From Podarcis gaigeae (Eukaryota): a stretch of 64,000 nt of DNA. The stretch lies in the NCBI GenBank assembly GCA_964106915.2, contig OZ066914.1. One strand, written 5' to 3'. Positions 12,741-26,448 of the stretch are shown here, in pieces (positions within the stretch are counted from its first letter, which is position 1; the number at the start of each line of letters is the position of its first letter). The notes under the pieces were generated by a model. The model was not told the origin of the DNA. It saw only the letters and a program-made list of their open reading frames with translations, and did not search any database. The position numbers and the translations under genes are program-made.

Positions 12741-13629
12741 CTGTAAAACACAGAAGAAAAATATCATAAGGGCACATCATTCCACCCACCCAGTGCCCTA
12801 TTGATAGAAAACCCAAGATGGCACAGATTCTCAAAAGAACTGCCAATCTAGAATTCATATCTGTGATACTGCAGAAGAGAATGACCTGCAGCAGGGGGTG
12901 CCCCTTCCTCCCTCATAAGAGAAGTTTATTGTGCCTGATGTCTGAAATGGAAGCCCCCCACTATGAGAAATAAGGGTGATGTGTTATGTTCTAATAGTGT
13001 GCTAAAATGCTCAAACATTTAAAATAAGGGGGAGCCCTAAAAACAAGTGGCACTTGCCAAGCCCTTGGAGGACACACATTCCCGACACCTTAGATAAGTG
13101 CCATGATTCCTGGACTAAAACTATAGGTTATTGATCTATTTGGGGCAATATCCTCAGCTAAGGCCAAAATGGCAGCTGAACAAACAGCACATCTCTGTCA
13201 CTTTCCTATTCAGTACTATAGGGCTAAACCCAAAGCACAGCCGGGTATAGGGTGGGCTCCCATACTGTTAATAGTGATTCAAAATAGGGGCGTAGAGCAG
13301 GTATATGTTTTCTTATGCCTCCATGACAAACTATACTATACTGAAATTCATTCTTCCAGAAAACTACTACTAATATAGGTGTGCTGGCCTTTGTAGCTGA
13401 TCATATCTAGAAGATACCTATTCTCCCTCTTCTAGAATCAGAAATCTACTCATGCATATTGCAGCACAGGCACCCTATGAAGTCATTTCTCTTGTGATGT
13501 GGATGTCCAGGAGTGCAAGCTTTCACACTGCAGGACTTCAAGGGGCAACCATACTTCCCCCTCTAGACTGGGCAGGAAGTCAGTTCTTCCCCTGTAAGTT
13601 CACTACGTAATTGGGAGGAAGGAACATAC

Positions 13630-13717
13630 CGTCTTATAGTCCCGATGAAGCTTGCTGTACTGCCACATGTTGGTCAGGAGGCTGGAAGCAGCTCTCGACG
13701 ACTTCTCACTGTCTGAG
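13630..13717 (-). CDS. PKP3: Plakophilin-3 exon 12 (88 nt, SSDSEKSSRAASSLLTNMWQYSKLHRDYKT)
   Basis: Acceptor ttattctccag|, donor ACG|GTATGT. Confidence 0.96.
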
Positions 13718-14381
13718 CTGGAGAATAAAAACAGTCACAACACATTGCAAGTGCACTTTAAGACATAGACTCTCTTCCTTCATAAACTATTGGTGGATTT
13801 TATACTAGGTTACATCATGTCTATTAGTGAACCACTGAGAATTAAGGTAGCAACCCTTAGACACATAGTGAGGAATTCCACATAACGCTAAGTGGGGTAT
13901 GGACACAAGGAACAAGGTCTGCTTGTGCAGTGGGATTTAGCTACTCTCCTTCCCCTTGTGCCCCCTAAACCTGTTCTGGGGGGCTCCCCCCATCTTCCAG
14001 AGCAAATTTAAGTGCATAGAGGAAGAGAGGGGGGACAACTCAGCTGAATTCCTCCCACGTACTTAGGACTAAGCCCTACTAAATTCGGTAATACATCCAA
14101 TAGGCTTGGGCTATACTTCTGGAAGAAAATGGGTCTGTCTTAACAAATGGGCATGGGCTGTAGGAACAGACTCACAGCTTTGCAAATCCACAAACACTCC
14201 CCTTAATAGAAATTTAGACAGGAGGACGTACTGTTTAGCAGCAGGTGGACTAATTTCACACCCTTGCAATTGGTATAAAGCAGCCAGATGGCCTAAAATG
14301 TGACTGAATATGGAGTTCTGGGAATTCAACTGGTGGTTTCAGCATATGGAATTGGAGGAGGAATCCCCAGGTCTTCCCCAC

Positions 14382-14574
14382 CTGTCCCTTTTCTTCTTGA
14401 TGTAGAATAGCTTCCGCAGGCCATCAAAGTAGACAATGTCACGTGCAGCAACAGGGCTTTCCACAACCAAGTTGTTCAGCACAGCAATAATGTTGACAAC
14501 CACGTCTGTTGGAGGCCACTTCTCTCCAGAGCTGCCTGGGAGCTTCTCGATCAAATGACTCACCACCTTGGTTG
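14382..14574 (-). CDS. PKP3: Plakophilin-3 exon 11 (193 nt, STKVVSHLIEKLPG...YFDGLRKLFYIKKKRD)
   Basis: Acceptor gatttgcag|, donor AG|GTGGGG. Confidence 0.96.
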
Positions 14575-14769
14575 CTGCAAATCAAAAACAAAACTGATCA
14601 GTGATGTAGGTGACTATAGGTGAAGCCCCAAGGAATGGGACACGCACCAGAAACACTGTGTGCATGGAGTAGGCAAGGTCATTCTGCATGGAGGACAGTG
14701 CCTCCCAGCTTTCTTCCAGGTCCTGGGATGGTGACCTTTGCTATATTTTCCAATTGGAATGACACTCAC

Positions 14770-14923
14770 ACATCTCATCCTTATTGCGCGCATTCCGGGA
14801 GAGATTCCGAATCAGTCCCGTCAGTGAACGAAGTTGGTGATGGTCAGCTGTGCGGACTCTGTCCAGCACTGGGTTCAGGATCCTCTCTTGCTCCAAAGCC
14901 ACTCTGCTGAGGACACCAGCCCA
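14770..14923 (-). CDS. PKP3: Plakophilin-3 exon 10 (154 nt, WAGVLSRVALEQERILNPVLDRVRTADHHQLRSLTGLIRNLSRNARNKDEM)
   Basis: Hand translation; acceptor ttcattgtag|, donor T|GTGAGT. Confidence 0.97.
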
Positions 14924-16127
14924 CTACAATGAAACAGGAGTCAGCAAGAGGATGAGTTGTTAGCCAAGTCAATAAAGCATCTGAGCTCAAGTTGCAGATG
15001 TGGGGAGAGAGATTCCCACATTTCCTCTGCTTATTGCTGCAACGTTGTTTATCAAAAACCCTTGTGTTTAAGATGCCTCCATGGCAGGTTTCCACAGCAA
15101 TTTAGTGCTACAGCACAGAAAGCATCAGGTTATTCTTCAGGGGTAAGGGGAAAAGAGAACGGGAAGCTTTCCTCCCAACTGTGAATTGGGGAGAGCCGGT
15201 TATGACAAATGACAGAACTGGCACTGATATTTGGCTATTCCTTCTCCTTAAAGTACACTTCCAAAACTATTTAAATATTTTCATTGGCCTACATTAGGGA
15301 TTCTTAACCAAAGGTCCATGGATGGGCTTCAGGAAGTCTGTGAACCAAGTGCAAAAAAAACCCCACCCCTCCATTGCAACAAACGTTTGTGTGCATGTGT
15401 GTGTGTTTATGTGCATTTTTCTGGGAAGGAATTCTATAGCTTTCATCAAATCCTCAAAAGGGTCTGTGGGCCAAAACGGTTAAGAACTATTGACCTATAT
15501 ACCTACAAGAAGTATTGGGACACTGCAAACAGAGAAGTCCGTCTGGCCTTCCCCTTCATCTACTCCCAGTGCTGTATGATCTATTGGTTCTTAGTCTTTT
15601 CTGTCCTAGCTACGTTTTGGATTCAAGTAGGTAAGGGAGGCCTTGTCATCTCTTTTCAAATTTTGCACAAGCCACCTATGAATGCCTTTCTTCTCATCAT
15701 CTGTGACATGGAGAGTGAATTCTCACAGCAGTGCCTGTTCAGGTCTAAGGAAGGTAAGGCAGGCACAGCCTGCAAGGGAAGTTCCTTCACAGGCACCTTC
15801 TCTCCATGTTGTTTAGGAAACCTTTAGGCTGTGGCGGTGTCAGTATTACGAAACAGAAGCTGGGGAAATGCTCAGAGCCTTCCCCTTGAGTGTATAAGTC
15901 AATAGAATATATACAATATTCCACCAATGGGTAGAAAAGTCCTATCAGTTCAACAGTTTTTAGTTTCTTGCTAGTCTTCAAAGTTTGCCATCTTAAAAAA
16001 ACAACCCTCTAAGTGATAGACTGAGAACACATTCTTGAGCCGCATTCATCCTGCTTAATTTCACACCATTTTATCCCAGTGTACCCAACAAGACTCTTGG
16101 TGGGATGTTTCAAGCTGTTAACCTTAC

Positions 16128-16313
16128 CCTCCGGTCTCCTGCTGTGATGTTCTGAAGAGCCCCAGAGGCTGCCTCCGTGGTGTGCTTGTTTAGCTCACAT
16201 CTCTGTAGCAGCCTGTTGTACACTCCTATAATTTGAGGGTTCCACAGCCACTCCATCCCTTTGGGATCCTTAGAGACCTCTGTGAAAGTCACAATGTCTG
16301 AGTTCATGTGGAG
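16128..16313 (-). CDS. PKP3: Plakophilin-3 exon 9 (186 nt, LHMNSDIVTFTEVSKDPKGMEWLW...NITAGDRR)
   Basis: Acceptor tttccctccaaag| (AAG type), donor AGG|GTAAGG. Confidence 0.95.
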
Positions 16314-16954
16314 CTTTGGAGGGAAAGAGAGAGAATGTTCAATGACCATTCTATGGGGGTCTAGAGAACCGTTTTCTACCATATCACCCCCTTCATACCT
16401 CGCCCAGACCTCAGCTCATGCACTGTTTCTACCATGGCTGTCATCCGTTTCTATGGACACAGCTTCTCACGCCTTAAATCCACTTCAATCTATTTCAGGA
16501 TCTTACTCGCTTCATAATTGCTTTGCATGTGTTCACTTCACTGTATCATTAATTCCCAGCATTCAATGTGAAAATACTGGAAGGAGCTTACACCTCCACT
16601 GATAACGCTCTGGATCTCCTTGGGGGATGCCACCCTCACACCCTGAAAAGCAACTTCTATCCTAGTGCTTAGATCGAGCAACAGGCATGATGAGGATCAA
16701 GGCAACAACTACTGATCTGAAAGTTCTTCCCACTCATCTCTGAAATTGGGGGTTTCATTGTAGTTACTCAGAACCAAGGAAAATGTCTTCACATTTTCAG
16801 GGATACTTTAACAAACTCTTACTTCATATTCTGAGGGTGGGGGATGAGCGCCAACAATAAAAACACATGTTTGGGCAGAGCCCGGGCACAAATTAAGCTA
16901 TGCAGACTTCAGATGAACAGACCCCTTCATAGGCTCACTTCACCATCTCTTAAC

Positions 16955-17100
16955 ATAATAACAATAACAATTTATTATTTATACCCTGCCCATCTGGCTG
17001 GGTTTCCTCAGCCACTCTGAGCAGCTCCCAACCCAATATTAAAAACACAATGCAGCAATTCCTTACCTTAAGCAACATTTCCTTCCAGGCCCTTCTTTCT
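16955..17100 (-). mobile_element. LINE (L2-like) 3' terminal fragment with simple-repeat tail
   Basis: aataacaataac...tttataccctgcccatctggctgggtttcc.cagccactctg, which I recognise as a common lizard LINE 3' end in reverse. Confidence 0.55.
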
Positions 17101-17132
17101 ATCCCCCATAATAACACCATTTGCCCTCTCAC

Positions 17133-17300
17133 CTCTCGAGCTCTCCTGCCCTGTGGGCTGAAGCATCCAACCAGCTCGCTAGTCATGGTTGGCCCCTCGC
17201 CCCTCCTTTGGCCTTCCAGTCTCTGGAGTGCAGAAGGAGGCATCTCATCATAGAGACGGTAGGAGAGGTTGCGCAGTACACAGACGGCATTCTCTACACT
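17133..17300 (-). CDS. PKP3: Plakophilin-3 exon 8 (168 nt, SVENAVCVLRNLSYRLYDEMPPSALQRLEG...GCFSPQGRRARE)
   Basis: Acceptor ccctacag|, donor GAG|GTGAGA. Confidence 0.97.
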
Positions 17301-18639
17301 CTGTAGGGACAACAAAAGCGGGGTGTGCTTTTAAACGAACTATTTACAGCAAATTGTCTAATGCAAAGTATTTCCTTTTCTTTCTTTTAGCAAGCCCTTA
17401 AGGAATTATGTTTTTAAGTGGTTGCCGTGGATTGTATTATAAGATGCTGTTCTATGTAGATTTCAGTATTTTATGTATTTTTGTTTGTGTTTGATTCTTC
17501 TCGTCAGCTGCCTCAGGCAAAAATTTGGAGAAGCCCCAAATGTAAAATATTATGCGTACACACACATAATTTATATTTTGCCTTTCCAGTTTTTTACTGG
17601 AAGCAGCTTACAAGAAGACTCCTCACTGGCTTTGGAGTCAGGATAAGGGATATGGGCTACATCTGTGCTTGGAGACATCTGCACTACACTTCTGCCAAGA
17701 ATGAGAAAGGCTAGGAATGGAGATTCCCAGGCAGCTCTGACCCAAGGAGCAACCAAGCATATTTGATTGTATTGGACCAGTGCAGCCCAGGCACAGAAAA
17801 ATGCATTATTTCATGGTCTACAGAAAACTTAGATTATTTTACTTAGATGTATAGAAAGTCAAATTCAAGTCTTTTTAAACCCACACATCACATTTTAACT
17901 GACTTGTTGCTGCAGATACCCTGAATTTTAATGGAAGAATTCAATATACTCTTATCTGACCACTTACAAGCTAATACGACTTTTATTCTTTCTTGTATTT
18001 TATGTTGCCCTTCCTCCAAGGTCCCCATTATAGCATACATGGTCTTCTGTGATGTAGGTTAGCCAAGTATCAGTGCTTGGCTGAAGATCATCCTGCGAGT
18101 TTCATTGCTAAGGGCAAATCTGAACCAAGGACATTCGAGCCCTAGTCTGATGCTCTGTTCACTACACTACATGAATAAGGGTTGCTTTACACTTTCCATT
18201 TTTGGGTGTACACCAAAAATTCCATATGTATGTCTAAACTGAAAAGTGTAAAAAACACATTTAACACACACACGCCTTTTGATTGGCTGTAGCACCAATC
18301 TGAGTGTACACTTGTTGGCAGACCTTGCTTTGTCTACGTGTAATGTGTGAAGTGGCTTGCCGTGTCTTTGGACTGCTTCCCAAAGTGTGTGAAGAGCTCA
18401 TGTCAGGAAAAGTAACAAAGGAAGTTTTGACTTATGGCAAGGGTGGAGAATCTTCGGTCCTCCAGACGTTGCTGAACTACAACTCCCATCAGCCCTAGCA
18501 AGCAAGGCCAGTGGGCCAGTGATGATGACATCTGTTATACAGTAATATATGGGGGGAGGGGGCAAAGGTTCTCCCCACCGATTTAGGGGGAGGTCTCCTA
18601 CTTGAGGCAGACTATCAACCTACTCTTGGCTCTCTCAGA

Positions 18640-18717
18640 GAAGAAGAAGAAGAAGAAGAAGAAGAAGAAGAAGAAGAAGAAGAAGAAGAAGAAGAGGAGG
18701 AGGAGGAGGAGGAGGAG
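18640..18717. repeat. Compound (GAA)n(GAG)n microsatellite, tail of the adjacent SINE
   Basis: Direct reading. Confidence 0.95.
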
Positions 18718-18945
18718 TAGTTTGGATTTGATATCCCGCCTTTCACTCCCTTTAAGGAGTCTCAAAGCGGCTAACATTCTCCTTTCCCTTCCTCCCCCAC
18801 AACAAACACTCTGTGAGGTGAGTGGGGCTGAGAGACTTCAAAGAAGTTGATTGGCCCAAGGTCACCCAGCAGCTGCATGTGGAGGAGCGGAGACGCGAAC
18901 CCGGTTCCCCAGATTATGAGACTACCGCTCTTAACCACTACACTA
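18718..18945 (-). mobile_element. tRNA-derived squamate SINE (Squam3-like)
   Basis: Minus strand reads gtgtagtggttaagagcggtag (A box) ... ggttcgcgtctcc (B box) ... gggtgaccttgggcc, ending in the microsatellite tail. Confidence 0.8.
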
Positions 18946-19438
18946 CACATGCATGAGGCAGTCATACCAGAGAATAATACTCTGAAAGCCAGCAGCATCC
19001 ATGGATAATTGATGTATGTTTTGCCCTTCCTATATTATGATTAATATGGCTTAAGAAACAGATGCCTTCTGCATGCTCTCTTTAAAAACACAGTAATTTC
19101 CAAAGCAGAATTACTCTTGATTAGAACATGAGCCAGGATCTAGAAGTCTACTGCTTCTCTGCCACCACCTGACAAGAACAGATCTGGTGGATGTAAGGAA
19201 TAACAGCATCGCCCAGCTTGGTACAGAAGAATGAAACCACAACCTCGGCTTAAGAATGATTTAGGGAGAAATCAATGATTTAGGGAGAAATCATTCCACA
19301 TCACAATTGTTTACATGTACAAGAATAACCACAGAGAACTTGGCCTTGGAATAAAGATCTCTTGGCCTTGTGTAGATAATGGTTCAGCCACAGCCACAGG
19401 ACATTACAAGACAACCAGCTAACAAGGGGAGGACTCAC

Positions 19439-19556
19439 CTTGTCCTCTGACTTCCCTACTTCTAATGAGCTATTAATGTAATTGACCATGGAGTCTACCA
19501 GCCCATGGCATTCACGCATTTTCTGACGAGTTTGCTGGCTGGCAGAGCTAAGATTC
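19439..19556 (-). CDS. PKP3: Plakophilin-3 exon 7 (118 nt, NLSSASQQTRQKMRECHGLVDSM...GKSEDK)
   Basis: Acceptor cccttctag|, donor AAG|GTGAGT. Confidence 0.97.
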
Positions 19557-20424
19557 CTAGAAGGGAAACACAAAAGCATGTCATCACAGGGAATAATATT
19601 CCTGTCACCTGAGACCTGCCATCACATCTTAAAAAGGTCAAACTAATTAATATACTAAATACAGAAAGCAGGAGATTTTGCCAGGTACATATCAGAGGGA
19701 AGCAGCATCTCTCGGGTAAATTATTCTGCTTGACCTGGCAGCTGTATATGTATCAGGCAGAGAAAGAACATGATCTTGACAATGGAACCCCAAAAGTAGG
19801 CTGCAGACCTAACCCTACTTACCTGAGAGCAAGGCCTGTTGAATTCAATAGAAATTATCTCTGAGTAAACATAGTTAGGACTGCACTTTGAGTCTCACTG
19901 TCAGGGGCAGCCAAATGAGATCCATGCAAAGAGAAATGGGCAGGGCTGCATTGTCAGTCAAACTGGCCCATTTTACAATCCACGACACAGCCCCATTCAT
20001 AGACACCGCTAATAAGTGTGACGTTCTTGGCTTTAAAAATCAAAAGTGCCGTTTCATTGTGTGCATTGTTTAACAGTTAAACATTGCTTAACCAAAGTGC
20101 ATTGTTTAACAGTCCCCTCCCAACCCCTTGCTTCTGTCCTGGATGGCGCACCAATTCATTGTTCATGCCATCTTAGTCAGCAGCAATGTACTAAGAGAAG
20201 GACAGAGTGCGAATGACAACATTGGTGCCAGCTTACACTATGGACCACTTTGACCTGCCATGGAAGCTTTCACAGTGTAAAAGCAGCACTGCCTCTGTTT
20301 CTTTAATATTGCTTCACCGAGGATATTGAAACATTGCCACATCATGCATAGCTTTCCCAAGCTATAAGGTATTATAAGGATCCAATAGCCATGGAATATG
20401 TCTTTAATTAGGAATGAGAAATAC

Positions 20425-20599
20425 CTGAGGAAGCCAGTAGCATTGTAGAAGATTTCTGCCTCTGAGGCATTTTGCTGGATAAGAGCAGCATTGCCTGTCC
20501 CAGAGAGGGGAATCAAGACCAGGTCTGTGAGCTTCTCCAGCGTGTCACGGGCCAGGCGGTCCTTGAGGTTATCGCTGGAAGACAGATTCCAGAGGATGC
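20425..20599 (-). CDS. PKP3: Plakophilin-3 exon 6 (175 nt, ILWNLSSSDNLKDRLARDTL...IFYNATGFLR)
   Basis: Armadillo repeat; acceptor ttctgcag|, donor AG|GTATTT. Confidence 0.97.
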
Positions 20600-21169
20600 C
20601 TGCAGAACAATGAGACAAGGATGTGTAAGGAAACTTCACTACAGAAACCACTACTACACAAGTTGGGGAAACTCACAGCTTTCTGAGGAACTAAGCAGGA
20701 AGTAGTGTGTTTTTTTCATGCCTAGGTGGCTCCCATGTCCTATTAAATCATCATCACTGTGCAAAATGCTTCACAGTCTTTACGCACTTGTCGTCAGAAT
20801 AAACCTGCAAGTTAGCCCACACATACTTTAGCTTCACAGATAGACAACTGAGGCCCAGTTTACAGGAACATTTCCTGACATGTGCCAGCAAAACAGCAGG
20901 TTGTGGAGATCAGTCCTATGAAGGCTCTGACATCCCTTGACTTGGCCTGCCACTTCCTGGGACAACCCAGGCCTAAAAGGTGTTTCAAAGCATTCCCACA
21001 AATACTTGTCGTGTGGAAACATGGCAATCTGCCACAGTGGCTTCCCCATGTCACCAGGCTGGCACAGGGCAACTTTCTCAAGGTCACCCAGCGCACCTAT
21101 TCTCTGAGCAGAGCTGTGAAACAAGGTACCTCAAGCCCCAGGCCCTTATTTTCTTCAGTTCTTCATAAA

Positions 21170-21365
21170 GGGAAGAACTGTACCTCAGTGGCAGAGCATC
21201 TGGTTTGCATGCAGAAAGGTCCCAGGGTTAAATCCCCAGCATCTCCAGGTAGGGCTGGAAATCTCTCCCATATGAAACCCTTGGGAGCTGCTGCCAGTCA
21301 GTGAAGACAACACTGAGCTATACAGACCAGTGTTCTGACTTGATATAAGGCAGCTTGCTATATGT
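21170..21365 (+). mobile_element. tRNA-derived squamate SINE (Squam2-like)
   Basis: ctcagtggcagagcat..tttgcatgcagaaaggtcccaggg tRNA-like head, then ctgctgccagtcagtg...ataaggcagctt body. Related copies at ~25103-25180 (+, partial) and 52411-52576 (-). Confidence 0.75.
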
Positions 21366-23171
21366 TCCTTTCCTATGAATTTCTGAATAGCACATGCTTG
21401 CTATCTGCTGAATGGTTTTACTGGAACTCATCATACTTCATTTGATTTGGGGTTCTATGTACTGTATAGGGTGTTTCCTTGAAGTTGGTCTTGACATCTC
21501 CAGACAGCCATCCCTTTAAACATTAAGAGTAGCTAGCAAGCAGCCTCCCACACTATGCTATTTAAAGTAGAGCTGAAGTGAATTGGAAAATCAATGTAAA
21601 AAAGCAAATATCAATCAACCATGTTCAAAACCTTCTTATAAACCCTGCAAAGCAATTAACCAGTTCCAAAGGGATAAAATAACAAAGCACTGAAAATCCA
21701 AGTATCTGCTCTGCAAATTTTGCAAGAAGCAATTTCAAAAGAATAGCTATATTTGCCACTCAGTTGTATGCTTTTGTTCAATGGGCAAGGTGGCCTCAGG
21801 ATTCCAATATACAAACACGAAACTCTTTGGACTGATATCCTGGGATAAGGAAGAAGACATTACAGTACTTTCCTACTTATCAAATGAAACAAAGACAATT
21901 TTCTATCTACATTAGTATTGTGAAAATGATGCACCACATGATGCTGTGGTTATTTAAATATATAAAATACTGGGCGGGTTGTTTTTTGTTCTTTTTAAGA
22001 GAGTAGATCTATTTGTTCTGGCACATTTTCAAAGCTCAAATCCACAACTACAGAAATTTCAAAATGAACAAAAATGCACCATTCAAAAAGGGGGACATAT
22101 TCTGATCTCCTTGTGGTGGCAGCACTTCCTTCTATTCATATGGTTTCCAAGGGTATACTTAGCTATTTTGGAACAGGTGCTTGAAGTGTTGATTCCTTGT
22201 GGCGAATGGATCATTTGAAGGTTCCATCCCAGTACAAATATCAACATGTGTGTGTGTGTAAGATAACTGCTAATTTCAGTGGGCCCTCCATAGATGAAAA
22301 TATTAGAATGTTGAGCTGTTATCTGCTAACCACGCAAATCAGCCTGAGTGACAGGATGAGACCAAACAGCAGCCCCAGCAACTCCTCCAAGAAATGACAG
22401 CAAGAGAAAGATGCAGACAGACACCATGTAGAAACTTGTATGGATCCAAGCCCTGTAAGACTGTCAACATTACTGGGATGCTTTACTACAAAGACAAGAA
22501 TGGTTGAGTCACACAAACTTGTTGGAGCAAGACAGCCCTGCAGGCTCTGCCATGTGTCAACCGTGTTCTTCCAGGAACTCATCTAACCTCTTCCCTGTTG
22601 CAGTTCCTCAAACCTGAGATCTTTCCTGCAGTGCTGACAGGATAATGTCTGACTTGCTCAGCTTTGTCCTGACCAGCTTGCTCTTTTTTCTTTACCTCTA
22701 CTGGGATGCTCTACATCAACAAACAGACCAGATCCTCAGCCAGGCCCAGCACCATCTTTTGGAGGGGAGTGCTGGGCCATCTGCCCGCAGTGTCCCCCAG
22801 CACAAACCAGCCCCCCAATACCCACCATCACTTAGTTCCTTGGGCTACAACCACTGGGCTCCCTCTTCCCCTAGCTCTGACATGGGCTCATAGGGCACTG
22901 CTCCGATCGGGTAAGCTGAATGGCAAATGCAACCATGAGCCCCCCCTTGAATTCACAGGTGAGTAGGGTTACTCTATGCCAGCACTGGCAGGAAGGCTGT
23001 AAAGGGCTGGAATCAGAGCATCCACCAGGCTCCCAGCACAGTAAGGTGCTGCTGAGGTAAGGGGCAGGGCGAGAAAAGTGTCAGTGCTGGTGTGCATGGA
23101 CCCCTGGTTCCACTATGTTAGTAGGATCAACAGATATTCTAGATACAATTTTCAAGGAAGCAGAAAACACG

Positions 23172-23173
<2 letters not shown>

Positions 23174-23216
<43 letters not shown>
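23174..23216. repeat. (CA)n microsatellite
   Basis: Direct reading. Confidence 0.95.
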
Positions 23217-23219
<3 letters not shown>

Positions 23220-25651
23220 TATTAAAATATGCCCCAGAGAAAAAAATGCATAGTCATTTTGAGAAACAGAGTAACACAATAGGCAATGGGGAGAAATCAA
23301 AATTTTACTGGGGAAGCTCTATTTAATGGAGAAATGAGATAAATCAGGGTAAGTGAGTGCTTGGTTCTCACAGAGTTTGCATTACTGTGGAGGCAGAGAA
23401 GGAATGAGAGTTCAGCCCACAAGAGTGCTTCCAAGAGCCAATATTCATTCACACATGAAACAAAGCTAACTGTATACACCTCATGTTGAGATTGGATTGG
23501 GAGCACTAAGACATAAACCAGGGGAAAAGATGTTGCAGTTCTGGAGGAAGAAATCTGTATTTATACAGATTTTAGTATGAAAGGGCTAGGCAAGTAATTG
23601 GGTGAGAGAAGATAAAGAAGACGAGGGAGGAAATTCCCATAAAAGAGTGAGTGGCAGGCATGATAAAAGGAGTGAGTTTTAACGTGCTTCAGGAGAAAAC
23701 TAAAGGCATGGTGCAGATTTGGATGGGATTTATCCAGACTGAGATTGGGCACTGGTGATGATGAAGGATTTGGATTATAGGGAAGGGAACTATTACATAA
23801 AAGCTAGCAAAGTGAACAAGTTTGTCTGATTTAGAAAGTGAGCCTTGCACATCACAGCAATTCACCCTGTCCGACTGGGACAAGTGGAACAACAAATCAA
23901 TAAATGCATCAGTGCAATGTTTGCTTTAAATGTTTTCAGATTACTGATTTGCCTATGACATGTCTCAGTAGGATACCCTGTATACAGGAGAGGTAAGGAA
24001 ACATGCCCACAAAACATATTATAAATTTTGTCATGTGGGTTGCAAAAAGTGGGAGATCAGCGTGTGCGCGCACACACACACAGCTACAGGCAGGCAAGAA
24101 TGCAGTTGTCTTGTCTCCTCCCCACCCCCAATCCATATATACCAGCAGCAAAAGGCTAATCTCATGCACAGAATGAGGTATGCCCTGGGCTGTGATATCT
24201 GGGGATTACTCTTTCCATCCTCTGATTGTATTCAGCTAAAGCCACTTTCACAGACTCCACCATGCTTGTAATAAGCGTTAAAGCTCATTGCATCATAGCT
24301 CCTAGACCTAACTTTCCCATTAGCCTGGTATTAGATTAGACAATCAGAGCCTGTTGGGCAGGATTAGGAAGGCCCTTTTGTAACAGAAGCAAATGTAATC
24401 TCTCCTGTTGGCTGGACCTCTATATTCAGTGCCCTTGCTCTCTCCCAGCGCAAAAGACAGTTGCAGACAGGCTGGAGTCAGGTCCCGACCCACACCCTGG
24501 CCCTCCCTACCACCTATATTTATCACCTTCCTTTGCACACCATGACATACAGAGCAACTAGAGTGCGTAATCTGAGGATTTGGAACTCCCTCCCCCAGCC
24601 CATGAAGCTCTCCGGATTCTGCCAGGTTTTATGTTTTCCTCTATGAGGATTTGCTGGTGCTTATCCCAGTTCTCTTTGTGAATGGGCACGGATGCCAATC
24701 TGAGCTCAGAGAGTGTTTCAATAAACTGGGAGTTGCTAGTGTCCTGCTGATTTCTTCTGTTCACAGATTAGTGTGCCTTCAAGCTTTTTGTGAATTGAGA
24801 AATGAGACACCTGGAAAATTTGGGCTGAGTTGCAGGGGGTGGGGGGTAGGAGAGCGGCTAGTTCTGAAGGGGACCTGGGACAAAAGGGAGGGGAGCAGCA
24901 TAGAGAAAAAAGCTCTGGGTGTGAATGTATCGTGTGCAGTGCAAAAGATGATGCAGGTGCAGGCAAGGTGATTCATGGGCCAAATGCAATTAAGGTGCAT
25001 GGGAAAAGACCAAAGTTGGTCTTCATATACAAATGCAGGTGTGGGCTAATCTAGTCTTATTTGAAGGTGGGGTGGGGCGTGGATTTATTAGCAGCAAAAT
25101 ACTGCTCAAATGTAGGCAAGCCCTTACTTTGCATGCAGAAGGTCCCAGGTTCAATTCCTGGCACCTCCAGAAGAGCTGGGAAATTATTTTATTTATTTCT
25201 TTATTTAATTTATATACTGCCCTATACCCGCAGGTCTCAGGGAAGTTCACAGTATTTCCATGTTCTTGCAGTTTTTGGCCCTGGTTCAAAGTCAGTTGCA
25301 TGTGTTAGTAATGGCGACCTTTTTGGACACAGGAGTTAAGAGCCTGGTTCTATGGTCCATGCTTGGGGATGCCACCAAAAATAGTTTCCCCAAGAAATGT
25401 TGTCTCCCTCCTGCTGGAATACCTGACCACTACCACAAGGATCAGGGCCATCATGTTTCTGCTATCCTAACAGTGGTAGCCAAACCCATGGAGTGCAGGC
25501 AGGCAGAATCCAAGCTGCAGCAAGCACTCCTAGGAGTGACAGTAGGGCAGGGGGCTGCTCATGGGGAGACTATTTGGGGCAGCAGCTCTGTGGCAAATAT
25601 AATGTGCAGCTCTAAGCACTGGAGAGCTTACCCCATGCAAACCTCTCTCAC

Positions 25652-25856
25652 CTGTGACATTCTTGCGCAACTCATCATCTTGCTCGCATAAAGTGCGCAT
25701 CAGCTCATAGATCCCGTTTTCTTCCACCAGGGCCAGCTTGTTTTCAGCATTGTCATAGATGAGGTTGCGCATGGCTCCAGTGGCATGGCGCTGCACCTCA
25801 TGGTTGGAGTTGTTGAAGAGCTTCACTAGTTTGGGCACGGCTTGGAGGCTGCGAGC
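25652..25856 (-). CDS. PKP3: Plakophilin-3 exon 5 (205 nt, ARSLQAVPKLVKLF...DELRKNVT-G)
   Basis: Armadillo repeat; acceptor cctcaacag|, donor G|GTGAGA. Confidence 0.97.
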
Positions 25857-26169
25857 CTGTTGAGGCAGAGAGACAGGGACAGAAAGAGTAATACACTTGT
25901 CAGAGAGAAACAAGAAAGCAGGTCTCTGCGTGGAACTTTTCAGTATGCCATGCCACCTAAGGCTGCCTGCTCTGTTCTCATTCCAGATAACTTACTCATC
26001 CCCACAGAAAAGAGCCCAATGCATCAGAATGAACGCTGTTGCAGGCTTTTCAATGAGACGTATCAGTGACTAAACCTGCAAGCCACATTGGTCCCCCTGG
26101 GAAACAAGCTCAGGCCCTGGGCATGGCCCGTTCCTAGTATCGCCTTGCGATATGCCTCTGCTGCCTCAC

Positions 26170-26293
26170 CTGTTTCTTGGCATCATTGTCGCTATAGCAT
26201 TTGTGCTGGATGTAGGCAGCTCCAAGCACCTGTAGGTTGGGGTCACTGGCCATCAGGTATTTCACCGCAGAAGGGAGATCAATGTCATCAAAC
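26170..26293 (-). CDS. PKP3: Plakophilin-3 exon 4 (124 nt, FDDIDLPSAVKYLMASDPNLQVLGAAYIQHKCYSDNDAKKQ; start of armadillo repeats)
   Basis: Hand translation; acceptor ttttcag|, donor CAG|GTGAGG. Confidence 0.97.
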
Positions 26294-26393
26294 CTGAAAA
26301 CCAAGGCCTAGTTAGAGGGGATAGTGTGCATTTTCCCATCTTCACCTCATTCACATAGAGCTCTAATAAATGTCCCCTGAATGCTGTGCTTAA

Positions 26394-26446
<53 letters not shown>
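26394..26446. repeat. (TA)n(CA)n microsatellite
   Basis: Direct reading. Confidence 0.95.

Positions 26447-26448
<2 letters not shown>

Noticed and set aside
18602-18850. ORF with poly-Lys/poly-Arg tract resembling a protamine or NLS
   Set aside because: It is a translation of a (GAA)n(GAG)n microsatellite plus SINE sequence.
21170-21250. tRNA gene candidates (also ~25103 and ~49823)
   Set aside because: Degenerate tRNA-like heads continuing into SINE bodies; no intact cloverleaf.
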